Below, piece by piece: positions 28,238 to 36,696 of a stretch of DNA of 58,384 nt. The translations under genes were made by a program, and so were the position numbers. Source of the DNA: Bacteroidales bacterium (GTDB lineage Bacteria; Bacteroidota; Bacteroidia; Bacteroidales; UBA932). Each line of letters starts with the position of its first letter. Within the stretch, counting starts at the first letter, position 1. A model generated the notes under the pieces. That model worked only from the letters and a program-made list of their open reading frames with translations, was not told where the DNA came from and made no database searches. The stretch covers positions 1-58,384 of the forward strand of contig JAFZYD010000085.1 of NCBI GenBank assembly GCA_017616475.1, given 5' to 3'.

Positions 28238-28800
28238 CTTTTCACCACGCGGTCTGCGTGGGCTTCTATGAATTTTTTCCAGTTTGTGGAGGCCTGCTTG
28301 TCCGCCATAGGGTTTGTGAGCTGGTAGAAGTGGCACATCGCGATAGCGATGGCGTCGCTGGCGTCCAGATATTTTATATCCAATTTAACATCCATAGTGC
28401 GCTCCAAAATGGCCTTGACCTGCTCTTTGCTGGCGGCGCCCTTGCCCGTTATGGCCATCTTGACCTTTCTGGGAGCGTATTCAAAGATGGGGATGTTCCG
28501 CTGCAGGGCGGCGGCGATGGCGGCCCCCTGCGCCCGGCCCAGCTTGAGCATCACCTGCGGGTTCTTGCCGTAGAACGGCGCCTCTATGGCCAGATCGTCC
28601 GGCCGGTACTGGTCGTAGAGCTGTCCCACCTCGGTAAAGATGCGCTGCAGTTTGGCAAAATGGTCCTTCTCCTTGCGCAAATCTATGATGCCCAAATCTA
28701 CAAAATGGACCTTTTTGCCATCAACAAGAATGACCCCGTAGCCCATTATGCTGGTGCCGGGGTCTATTCCCATTATTACACGCTGTCCCTGATGATTCAT
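28234..28800 (-). CDS. ruvC: Crossover junction endodeoxyribonuclease RuvC
   Basis: IMGIDPGTSIMGYGVI N-terminus and ASDAIAIAMCH near the C-terminus, at typical length. Confidence 0.9.
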   Translation of the reverse strand: MNHQGQRVIMGIDPGTSIMGYGVILVDGKKVHFVDLGIIDLRKEKDHFAKLQRIFTEVGQLYDQYRPDDLAIEAPFYGKNPQVMLKLGRAQGAAIAAALQRNIPIFEYAPRKVKMAITGKGAASKEQVKAILERTMDVKLDIKYLDASDAIAIAMCHFYQLTNPMADKQASTNWKKFIEAHADRVVKS

Positions 28801-28813
28801 CCCGGGGGAGCGG

Positions 28814-30085
28814 TTAGTCTATGCGGTCGAAGCCGGTGTATTTGCGCAGAACCTCGGGCACCTCTATGTAGTCGCCCTTCTGGTTGTTCTCGAGGAGTGC
28901 GGCAACAATGCGCGGCAAAGCCAGCGAACTGCCGTTGAGGGTGTGGGCCAGCTGGGTCTTGCCAGCCTCGTCTTTGTAGCGGAGTTTGAGACGGTTGGCC
29001 TGGTAGGACTCAAAATTGGAAACGGAGCTCACCTCCAGCCAGCGCTCCTGCGCTGCGCTGAACACCTCGAAATCGTAGGTGATGGCACTTGTGAAGCTCA
29101 TATCGCCGCCGCAAAGCCGCACGATGCGGAACGGCAGCCCCAGGCTGGCAACCAGCGCCTCTACGTGGGCAACCATACCGTCCAGCGCCTCATACGATTT
29201 CTCCGGCAGGCTCAGCTGAACTATTTCCACCTTGTCGAACTGATGCAGACGGTTCAATCCGCGAACGTCCTTGCCGTAGCTGCCGGCCTCGCGGCGGAAG
29301 CACGGGGTGTAGGCGGTCATCTTCACGGGGAAATCTTTGGTAGCGAGGATAACGTCGCGGTAGATGTTGGTCACGGGCACCTCAGCGGTGGGTACCAGAT
29401 AGAAATTATCCAAAGTTGCGTGGTACATCTGCCCCTCCTTGTCGGGGAGCTGGCCGGTGCCGAAACCGGAAGCCTCGTTCACCATTACCGGCGGTTCCAC
29501 CTCAAGATAGCCGTCGGCGGTGTTGAACTCCAGGAAATAGTTTATGAGCGCGCGCTGCAGTTTGGCACCCTTCCCCTTATAAACCGGGAATCCGGCGCCG
29601 GTGAGCTTCACGCCCAGGTCGAAATCTATTATGTCGAACTTCTTGGCCAGTTCCCAGTGAGGGAGTTTGTTCTCGCCAAGGTCGGGCATCTGCCCCTCCA
29701 TCTTGACAATAACATTGTCTGCAGCGGTCTTACCCTCGGGCACCTGCGCGCAAGGGAGGTTGGGGAGCAGCACCAGCAGGTCGTTCTGGCGCTTCTCGGC
29801 TTCCGCCATCTTATCTTCCAAAGATTTGGACTTCTCCTTGAGAGCCGCCACCGATGCCTTTGCGGCCTCTGCGCTGGCCTTGTCACCCGCCTTCATAAAG
29901 GCGCCTATTTCGGCTGCCTTGGCCTTCTGCTGCTGCAGCAGGGCGTCCATTTCGCTCTGTGCGGCGCGGCGGTCACGGTCGCAATCCAGTATCTGTGCAA
30001 CAATCTCCTTTGCGTCAAAATTCTTGACGGCGAGGCGTTCAACTACAAAATCGGGCTTTTCCCGGAGAAGTTTGAGTGTAAGCAT
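28814..30085 (-). CDS. serS: Serine--tRNA ligase
   Basis: N-terminal coiled-coil arm plus class II motifs (CFRREAGSYGKDVRGLNRLHQFDKVE, GSSLALPRIVAALLE). Confidence 0.95.
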   Translation of the reverse strand: MLTLKLLREKPDFVVERLAVKNFDAKEIVAQILDCDRDRRAAQSEMDALLQQQKAKAAEIGAFMKAGDKASAEAAKASVAALKEKSKSLEDKMAEAEKRQNDLLVLLPNLPCAQVPEGKTAADNVIVKMEGQMPDLGENKLPHWELAKKFDIIDFDLGVKLTGAGFPVYKGKGAKLQRALINYFLEFNTADGYLEVEPPVMVNEASGFGTGQLPDKEGQMYHATLDNFYLVPTAEVPVTNIYRDVILATKDFPVKMTAYTPCFRREAGSYGKDVRGLNRLHQFDKVEIVQLSLPEKSYEALDGMVAHVEALVASLGLPFRIVRLCGGDMSFTSAITYDFEVFSAAQERWLEVSSVSNFESYQANRLKLRYKDEAGKTQLAHTLNGSSLALPRIVAALLENNQKGDYIEVPEVLRKYTGFDRID

Positions 30086-30126
30086 TATCTTGAGGTTTTA
30101 TTTTTCGAACTCGCAAATATAATCAT

Positions 30127-30642
30127 TTATAGCGGATCTGGCAGGATGATTACCGTTGTACCCACCTCCACCCTGTTTTTAAGGTCGGTGACATCTTCGT
30201 TGCGCATTCTTATGCACCCTTCCGTGGCCCGCGAGCCTATCGATTCGGGGAACGGGGTGCCGTGTATGCCGATATCTATGAAGCCGGGCACGTTAAGCCG
30301 CAAAAACCACGGCCCGTAGGCGTCGCGCACCGGCCCTTTGCCGTCGCCAAAGTCGTGCGAAAGACCTTTGGCATAGAGCAACTGGTTGATTTTGAAAGTC
30401 CCCTCCGGCGTGCGGTGGTCGCCGCGCCGCTCTTTAGGGCCGTAGTTCACCGCGCAGGCGATGCCATATTCCTTTATGGCATCTCCGGCCGTATCTACCA
30501 GCGTAAGGGTGAAGGCCTGCTTGTCCACTACGATGAACGGCTTACCGCCGGAACGGTCCAGATATTCCGCAAAGCGTCCCCGGGCCGAAGCCCCGGAGCA
30601 GAACATCGTAATACAGAGCAAAATGAGGGTTATCCTTTTCAT
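30127..30642 (-). CDS. L,D-transpeptidase (YkuD domain), secreted
   Basis: Signal peptide and catalytic motif IHGTPFPESIGSRATEGCIRMRNEDV. Confidence 0.85.
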   Translation of the reverse strand: MKRITLILLCITMFCSGASARGRFAEYLDRSGGKPFIVVDKQAFTLTLVDTAGDAIKEYGIACAVNYGPKERRGDHRTPEGTFKINQLLYAKGLSHDFGDGKGPVRDAYGPWFLRLNVPGFIDIGIHGTPFPESIGSRATEGCIRMRNEDVTDLKNRVEVGTTVIILPDPL

Positions 30643-30729
30643 TCCAACCGCGAAGATAACAAAAATCTGGTAAGCATATTTTTGGAAGAACGGCCAAAAG
30701 TGTGCACCTTTGGGAAAATATTACGCCTA

Positions 30730-32547
30730 ATGAAAGGGAAGGTTGTTTTTGAAAAGGACGCTTTGCAGGAGAATCTGCGTCTCAAGGGACGCTGGGGCAA
30801 GTTCCTTACAAATGTGCTGTTCCACGTGCTGGAATTGGGCAGCATCAATAGTAAGTGCGCGGGCGTAATGGACCTCGAAGGGCCCGAATTCTCCGCCGGG
30901 GTGCTGCGCGCAATGGGCATATCCTACAACATACCCGAAAGCCAATTGGACTACATCCCCGCCGAGGGGGGCTTCATAACCATCTCCAACCACCATTACG
31001 GCGGCGCCGACGGGCTCATACTGAACACCGTCGTGGGCTCCCGCAGGAGAGATTTCAAAATCATCACAACATTCATATTGGGCCAGATAGAGAACCTCAA
31101 GAGGAACTTTATCCCTGTAGACAATTTTTCCACCGTGGGCAGCCGGAGCATCTCCGGAATGCGCGCCGCGCTGGGGCATATAGCCTCCGGCTCCCCGCTG
31201 GGCCTGTTTCCGGCGGGCGAAGTGGCCACCTGGCAAAAAAAAGGCAGTCGCACCGCCGTGACAGGGCGCCGTGTGGTAGAAGACAAACCCTGGCCAGACA
31301 ACATAATCCGGCTTATTAAGAACTCCAAACTGCCGGTGGTGCCAATCTATTTTGACGGGGAAAATTCAGCCCCGTTCCACATCCTGGGGCGAATCCACCC
31401 CAGGTTCCGCACTGCCCGGCTGGCCCGAGAAATAATCAACAAAAACGGCAAGACCATAGAGGTGCGCATAGGCAAGCCGATAGCCGCCGACGACATCGCC
31501 AAGATGGAGCTCAGCGACCTCGGGCCCTATCTGCGCAGCCGCTGCTACGCCCTTGAAGCGCAGTGCGCGGAGCCGGTGAAGGACATTGCTGCAACTGCTA
31601 TGAGTCCCATTGCGGAGCCCGTGGACCCCAGCACCGTGCGCGCCCAGATGGATGCCGTAAAAGGCAAGATGATGTTCGAGACGGGCGGCTATCAAGTATA
31701 TTTGCTTGAAGAAAGTGACGCCCCGGAAGCAATGCGGGAACTCTACCGCCTGCGCGAAGAGACTTTCCGCGGCGTGGGCGAAGGGACCGGCAAACCGCTG
31801 GATACCGACGAATACGACAAGTATTACAAGCATTTGGTTATCTGGAACCCGGCGGATGGTGACATTGTGGGCTCCTACCGCATCGGCTATGGTTCCGAAA
31901 TATATGCCTCCAAGGGCATCGGCGGGTTCTATACCTCCACCCTTATCCACTACGGCCCGGAGGCCAAGGATTACCTGCCGCACTGCCTGGAGCTGGGCCG
32001 CTCTTTCATTACCGCCAAGTATCAGCGGGAGGTGCTCCCGCTCAAGCTCCTTTTCACCGGCCTTATGGTGGCGGTGGCAAAAGATCCGCAAGCGCGATAC
32101 CTTATGGGCACCGTGAGCATCAGCAACAGTATGCCCGACTTTTACAAGAGCCTGGCCGTCAGGTTTATAGAAAAGAATTACAAAATGGCGGACGCCGACT
32201 CCTGCGCCACTCCTACCCACCCATTCAAGCCCAATTATCTCCGGGTGAACCCGGACGATATGATTCGGGTACTCGGCGGCGACATTGATCTGTTCGACAG
32301 AATGCTGGTCACTATTTCGGACGGCGGCAGCCGACTGCCTGTGCTGCTTCGCAAATATTTCAGCTGCGGGGCGCGTCTGGCCTGCTTCAATGTGGACCCG
32401 CTGTTCTGCAACAGCCTGGATGGTATGATTGCCCTCAATGTTAGCGATTTCCCCGCCAACACAATGCGATCTTTCGTGCGCCCCCTGCCGGAAGATATGC
32501 AGAAAGCGATATTCAAACATTGCCTTGGCACAGAAACTCCTGAATAA
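30730..32547 (+). CDS. Bifunctional OlsF-type aminolipid synthase: PlsC-like O-acyltransferase fused to OlsB/GlsB-like (hemolysin-type GNAT) N-acyltransferase
   Basis: ORF 30262..32547 trimmed to ATG 30730 (MKGKVVF), because upstream codons overlap the L,D-transpeptidase gene on the other strand. HX4D acyltransferase motif (ISNHHYGGADG) and FPAGEV block are present. The C-terminal half resembles OlsB-type N-acyltransferases (LYRLREETFRGVGEGTGKPLDTDEYDKYYKHLVIWN, GSYRIG). Confidence 0.8.
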   Translation: MKGKVVFEKDALQENLRLKGRWGKFLTNVLFHVLELGSINSKCAGVMDLEGPEFSAGVLRAMGISYNIPESQLDYIPAEGGFITISNHHYGGADGLILNTVVGSRRRDFKIITTFILGQIENLKRNFIPVDNFSTVGSRSISGMRAALGHIASGSPLGLFPAGEVATWQKKGSRTAVTGRRVVEDKPWPDNIIRLIKNSKLPVVPIYFDGENSAPFHILGRIHPRFRTARLAREIINKNGKTIEVRIGKPIAADDIAKMELSDLGPYLRSRCYALEAQCAEPVKDIAATAMSPIAEPVDPSTVRAQMDAVKGKMMFETGGYQVYLLEESDAPEAMRELYRLREETFRGVGEGTGKPLDTDEYDKYYKHLVIWNPADGDIVGSYRIGYGSEIYASKGIGGFYTSTLIHYGPEAKDYLPHCLELGRSFITAKYQREVLPLKLLFTGLMVAVAKDPQARYLMGTVSISNSMPDFYKSLAVRFIEKNYKMADADSCATPTHPFKPNYLRVNPDDMIRVLGGDIDLFDRMLVTISDGGSRLPVLLRKYFSCGARLACFNVDPLFCNSLDGMIALNVSDFPANTMRSFVRPLPEDMQKAIFKHCLGTETPE

Positions 32548-34100
32548 TGGATAGTCCGGTTTGGGTATATCTCCTGGGGCTCTCCGGGATGGCCATATAT
32601 GGTTCGCGAATCCTCATTCAATGGTGGATGTCAGAAAAGTCCCACCAGGTGGAATCGCCCGCCATCTATTGGATTCTGAGCAGCATCGGGGCCATTCCGC
32701 TGTACATCTACGGCTGGCTCCGCAAAGATTTCTCCATCATTCTCGGGGAGAGTCTGGGCTACTACATATATATGTGGAACATCGGCATAATGGGGCTCTA
32801 CAAGAAGGTTCCCAAGACCGTCTTCATTGTTCAGGCGCTCTTCCCCCTCATAATCCTGGCCCTTATTACCAAAGATTTCAAGGTATTTGCCGACACTTTC
32901 CTGCGCAACGAATATGTACCGCTCAAACTCCTGCTGTTCGGCGTGCTGGGGCAGGTGACATACGAATCGCGCACCATATACCAGCTCATTTACAGCTACC
33001 GCAGGCGCGGCTCCTACCTCCCGCTGGGGCACTGGATACTGGCGGTGGCGGGGAGCACAATGATAATAATATACGGCCTCATCCGGCACGACTGGGTGCT
33101 GGCCATTGGCCAGTTCTCCATCTTCTTCTCTATCCGCAACCTTATGCTGAGCGTGGCCTCGCGCCGCCGCCGCAAGATTGTCACCACCTTGTTTATGGTG
33201 CGCCCGGTGCGTTTCGGCTTCAACACCCAGACCGCCGGCAACAACCATTTCCAGCACCAGGCCGACGGGAGCGACATCCAGGCCAGGGCCCTGGCCGAAT
33301 TCGACGGGATGGTGACACTCCTCAAGCGGAACGAAATCCCCGTGATGGTCTACGAAGACACCCCGGAGCCGGAGACGCCCGATTCAATATTCCCCAACAA
33401 CTGGTTCTCCACCCATATAGACGGGAGCCTGGTGCTCTACCCTATGTTCGCCCCCAACCGCCGCAGCGAGCGCACCCCGGAAGCCATCGAGGCCATAAAG
33501 AAGGCCGCCGACACCCGCCGCGTGATTGACCTGACCGGATGGGAGAAGAAGAAAAAGTTTCTGGAGGGCACCGGCAGTATGGTGCTGGACCGCAAGAACC
33601 GCATTGCCTATGCCTGCCGCTCGCCCCGTACCTCAAAACCGGTGCTGGATGAGTTCTGCCTCAAGATGGGCTTCATCCCCTGCTTGTTCGACGCCAAGGA
33701 CAGGGACGGCAACCCCATCTACCACACCAACGTTATAATGTCCATTGGAGACGATTTCGCGGTGGTTTGCCGCGACGTTGTTGTTTCTCTGCCGGAATAC
33801 ACCGAACTGGTAGGCCGCCTCTCCTCCGCTGGCAAAAGGGTTGTGGAAATTACCTACGAGCAGATGATGCAATTTGCCTGCAATATCCTGGAGGTAGAAA
33901 ACATCCGGGGCGAAAAGTTTGTGGTGATGTCCGAAACGGCCCTGGGCAGCCTGCGTCAGGACCAGATTGCCGCCATCAAGGGGGAGCGGCGCAACATACT
34001 CCCCGTCCACATCCCCACCATAGAGGAGATTGGCGGCGGCGGCGCCCGCTGTATGATGGCGGAGATTCTCCACCCTATGTCCGAGCCGGAAAGCGAATAA
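32547..34100 (+). CDS. Fusion protein: two LAB_N (lipid-A-disaccharide-synthase N-terminal type) membrane domains plus a CtlX/arginine-deiminase-related amidinotransferase-fold domain
   Basis: The start overlaps the upstream stop by 1 nt (TAATG). Residues 1-200 form two repeats of a 3-TM module (GSRILIQWWMSEK..., ESRTIYQLIYSYRRRG...). From Met217 (nt 33195) the sequence resembles COG4874/CtlX enzymes (PDSIFPNNWFSTH, FLEGTGSMVLD, YHTNVIMS, catalytic GGGGARCMMAEI). Confidence 0.75.
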   Translation: MDSPVWVYLLGLSGMAIYGSRILIQWWMSEKSHQVESPAIYWILSSIGAIPLYIYGWLRKDFSIILGESLGYYIYMWNIGIMGLYKKVPKTVFIVQALFPLIILALITKDFKVFADTFLRNEYVPLKLLLFGVLGQVTYESRTIYQLIYSYRRRGSYLPLGHWILAVAGSTMIIIYGLIRHDWVLAIGQFSIFFSIRNLMLSVASRRRRKIVTTLFMVRPVRFGFNTQTAGNNHFQHQADGSDIQARALAEFDGMVTLLKRNEIPVMVYEDTPEPETPDSIFPNNWFSTHIDGSLVLYPMFAPNRRSERTPEAIEAIKKAADTRRVIDLTGWEKKKKFLEGTGSMVLDRKNRIAYACRSPRTSKPVLDEFCLKMGFIPCLFDAKDRDGNPIYHTNVIMSIGDDFAVVCRDVVVSLPEYTELVGRLSSAGKRVVEITYEQMMQFACNILEVENIRGEKFVVMSETALGSLRQDQIAAIKGERRNILPVHIPTIEEIGGGGARCMMAEILHPMSEPESE

Positions 34101-34156
34101 AAAAATGGACAACCCGGGGGTTGTCCATTTATTCTGTAGTAAAAGACCTTAAAGCC

Positions 34157-34432
34157 TTACGCCTCTGCCTGAGCGGGAGCTGCAGGAACTACCGAAACAT
34201 AAGATTTGTTGTTCTTGGTCTTCTTGAATGCCACTGTGCCATCGACCAACGCATAAAGAGTATGGTCTCTGCCCATTCCGACGTTTTCGCCGGGATTGTG
34301 TACAGTGCCTCTCTGACGAACGAGGATGTTGCCAGCCTTGGCAACCTGTCCGCCAAACAACTTAACGCCCAAGCGTTTGCTTTCCGATTCACGGCCGTTC
34401 TTGGAACTACCGACACCTTTTTTGTGAGCCAT
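34157..34432 (-). CDS. rpmA: 50S ribosomal protein L27
   Basis: [24 protein letters not shown] is a canonical L27 N-terminus. Confidence 0.95.
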   Translation of the reverse strand: MAHKKGVGSSKNGRESESKRLGVKLFGGQVAKAGNILVRQRGTVHNPGENVGMGRDHTLYALVDGTVAFKKTKNNKSYVSVVPAAPAQAEA

Positions 34433-34445
34433 AGTCTAATGTGTT

Positions 34446-34754
34446 TTAAGCGATTTCGTCAATTTGAAGTTTGGTGAGATACTGACGGTGACCGTTCTTC
34501 TTGGTCATACCTTTGCGGCGGATCTTGTGGAAAACGATAACCTTGTCAGCTTTGCAATGCTCCATAACGGTAGCTTTAACAGTAGCGCCATCTACATAGG
34601 GCGCGCCGACCTTGACAGAACCCTCGTTGTCTACCAGGAGGACCTTGTCAAAATCTACGGAAGCGTTGACATCAGCTGCGAGACGGTTTACATAAATCTT
34701 GCTCCCCTTCTCTACTTTGAACTGCTGTCCTGCAATGTCTACAATTGCGTACAT
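34446..34754 (-). CDS. rplU: 50S ribosomal protein L21
   Basis: MYAIVDIAGQQFKVEKG is a canonical L21 N-terminus. The gene sits directly upstream of rpmA. Confidence 0.95.
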   Translation of the reverse strand: MYAIVDIAGQQFKVEKGSKIYVNRLAADVNASVDFDKVLLVDNEGSVKVGAPYVDGATVKATVMEHCKADKVIVFHKIRRKGMTKKNGHRQYLTKLQIDEIA

Positions 34755-34852
34755 AAATTAATTATTAAAAATTAATAGCCGTAAGCGGATATTTCTCTTA
34801 AATATCTCTTTGTCAAGAGCTTAGCGACTGTCGTGTGCCCATACGGGGAGTG

Positions 34853-34882
34853 CAAAGGTACAATAATTATTTGAATTGCAAA
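34853..34882 (-). promoter_or_regulatory. Bacteroidota promoter for rplU-rpmA (-33 TTTG, -7 TAccTTTG) followed by a ~90-nt structured leader
   Basis: On the minus strand, TTTG lies at 34882-34879 and TACCTTTG at 34860-34853, with an 18-nt spacer. The leader (34755-34845) contains small palindromes CTCTTTGTCAAGAG and CCGTAAGCGG. Confidence 0.5.
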
Positions 34883-34901
34883 ATTATTATTTATACATTT
34901 G
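34870..34901 (+). promoter_or_regulatory. Divergent promoter for the ATPase-Sir2-MFS genes (-33 TTTG, -7 TAcaTTTG)
   Basis: TTTG at 34870-73 and TACATTTG at 34894-34901, with a 20-nt spacer. The promoter lies 31 nt upstream of ATG 34933. Confidence 0.4.
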
Positions 34902-34932
34902 TAACACTTGTGTTATTTTATTGATTATTAGT

Positions 34933-35988
34933 ATGGTCTCTTATTTTGACTGTCAACATACCGCCCAGGGCGACAAGTTCATTTCCAGGACCGACGCCGT
35001 CCGTCTTTTGGCGGCCCAGATCAAAGAAAAGAAATTCTCCACCATATACGCAGCTCCCGGCTACGGCAAGAAGTCGCTGGTGGAAAAGGCGCTGCATATG
35101 CTAAAGAACGGCGCCTACCCTTTCACCCTCATCACCATAGACCTGTTCAACGTGACCAACGCCGAGGCGCTGGCGGCGCAGTATGTAGCCGCCCTGCGCA
35201 AGCCCATCGAGGAGTACAATAAAGACGCCCTGTTCCCAATCCGGATAGATTTCGAGAACGTCAGCACGTCCCTGGCCATAAACCTGCCCAACATAACCGG
35301 CAGCGTTGCAGGCACCAACTTCGTAGTCTATTTCAAGGAGTTCCAGAACATCCTCAATATGAGCGGCGGGGAAAAGTTGCTCAAACTTATGGAGAAGGAG
35401 TTCCCCGGACACCAGTCGGTGGCCTATGTAGTGACCGGCGAGCAAGTGAACCGTATGAAGGATATTTTCGAAAATCGCAAGTTCTTCCACGAGATAAACT
35501 GCAATATTGAATTGGAGCCGTTGGAGCGGGCGGCCAGCAAAGCTTATCTGCGCAACGGGTTCCTCCACTCCGGCAAAGACCTTGAAGACGAGACCGGCGA
35601 CGCTCTGTACGACACCGCCTGCGGCAACCCCATTGTAATGAACCGGCTGGCAACTATTTGCGACTCGCTCGCCATAGGCTACATAAACAAGCGCATCCTG
35701 CGCAGCGCCGTGGAGAGTTATTTCCTGGACCAGGAGGCTCAGTACCGCTACATTATGAGCAACCTCACGGACAACCAGGTGAACTTTGTAAGGGCCGTTT
35801 GCGACGGCGTGGAGCGCTTCAGTTCTTCCGAGATTCTCAAGAAATACAAGTTGAACAGCTCCGCCAACGTGTTCCGTCTCAAGGAGGCGCTCTGCAAGAA
35901 GGAGATAGTGACTTTTGACAGCGACGAACGCGCCCGGGTTATAGACCCTATGTTCGAATTGTGGCTTAAGAAGCGCTATTTCGCATAA
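34933..35988 (+). CDS. P-loop ATPase of the archaeal-ATPase/ATPase_2 type with a C-terminal winged-helix-like region
   Basis: ORF 34876..35988; ATG 34933 is preferred because the longer start lies inside the promoter. Walker A-like APGYGKKS is present. The Walker B position reads VVYFKEFQ, where the family consensus is DEFQ. Confidence 0.65.
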   Translation: MVSYFDCQHTAQGDKFISRTDAVRLLAAQIKEKKFSTIYAAPGYGKKSLVEKALHMLKNGAYPFTLITIDLFNVTNAEALAAQYVAALRKPIEEYNKDALFPIRIDFENVSTSLAINLPNITGSVAGTNFVVYFKEFQNILNMSGGEKLLKLMEKEFPGHQSVAYVVTGEQVNRMKDIFENRKFFHEINCNIELEPLERAASKAYLRNGFLHSGKDLEDETGDALYDTACGNPIVMNRLATICDSLAIGYINKRILRSAVESYFLDQEAQYRYIMSNLTDNQVNFVRAVCDGVERFSSSEILKKYKLNSSANVFRLKEALCKKEIVTFDSDERARVIDPMFELWLKKRYFA

Positions 35989-36000
35989 ACACAGAATGTT

Positions 36001-36696
36001 ATGAAGAAGCTAGTAGTACTTACAGGCGCGGGAGTGAGCGCCGAAAGCGGCATAAGCACCTTCCGCGACAGCAACGGCCTGTGGGAGAATTACAACGTAG
36101 AGGACGTAGCTACAATCGAAGGGTGGTGGCGCAACCGGGCCCTGGTGCTGGAGTTCTACAACCAGCGCCGCGGCGAACTGGCCACCAAAAAGCCCAACGA
36201 AGCGCACAAGCTCATAGCCTCCCTCGAAAAAGATTACGACGTCACAGTGGTGACCCAGAATATTGACAACCTGCACGAGCAGGGCGGCAGCACCAAAATA
36301 ATCCATCTGCACGGCGAAGCCACCAAAGTGCGCCCGGAAGATGCGGATCAGGACTGCCGCACGGTAGATGTTGGGTACGCGCCTGTGAATCTGGGCGATA
36401 CAGATTCCCGCGGCGTGCAGCTGCGCCCCAATATAGTCTGGTTCGGCGAGGCGGTACCTAAGTTCGAAACTGCGGCCCGCATCGCCTCCGAGGCGGACAT
36501 TATGCTGATTGTGGGCACTTCTATGCAGGTTTACCCTGCCGCCGGCCTGGTTCAATATGCCCGGCCCGGCATCCCAATCTACCTCATTGACCCCAAACCG
36601 GTTTATGTTGCAGCCAGCAACTTCACGCAGATTACCGACGTGGCCACCAGGGGAATGGAAAAATTCATCGAATTATTGAAAATACAAAAGATATGA
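36001..36696 (+). CDS. cobB: Sir2-family NAD-dependent protein deacylase
   Basis: GAGVSAESGISTFRD, VTQNIDNLHEQ (catalytic His), RPNIVWFGE and GTSMQVYPAA motifs. Confidence 0.85.
   Translation: MKKLVVLTGAGVSAESGISTFRDSNGLWENYNVEDVATIEGWWRNRALVLEFYNQRRGELATKKPNEAHKLIASLEKDYDVTVVTQNIDNLHEQGGSTKIIHLHGEATKVRPEDADQDCRTVDVGYAPVNLGDTDSRGVQLRPNIVWFGEAVPKFETAARIASEADIMLIVGTSMQVYPAAGLVQYARPGIPIYLIDPKPVYVAASNFTQITDVATRGMEKFIELLKIQKI

Noticed and set aside
34933-36696. ATPase plus SIR2 as an NAD-depleting anti-phage system.
   Set aside because: The sirtuin retains all housekeeping CobB-type motifs and small size. It is co-transcribed with an MFS transporter in core-like, host-GC DNA next to ribosomal protein genes. 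It is retained only as a low-interest finding because of the missing Zn-ribbon cysteines.
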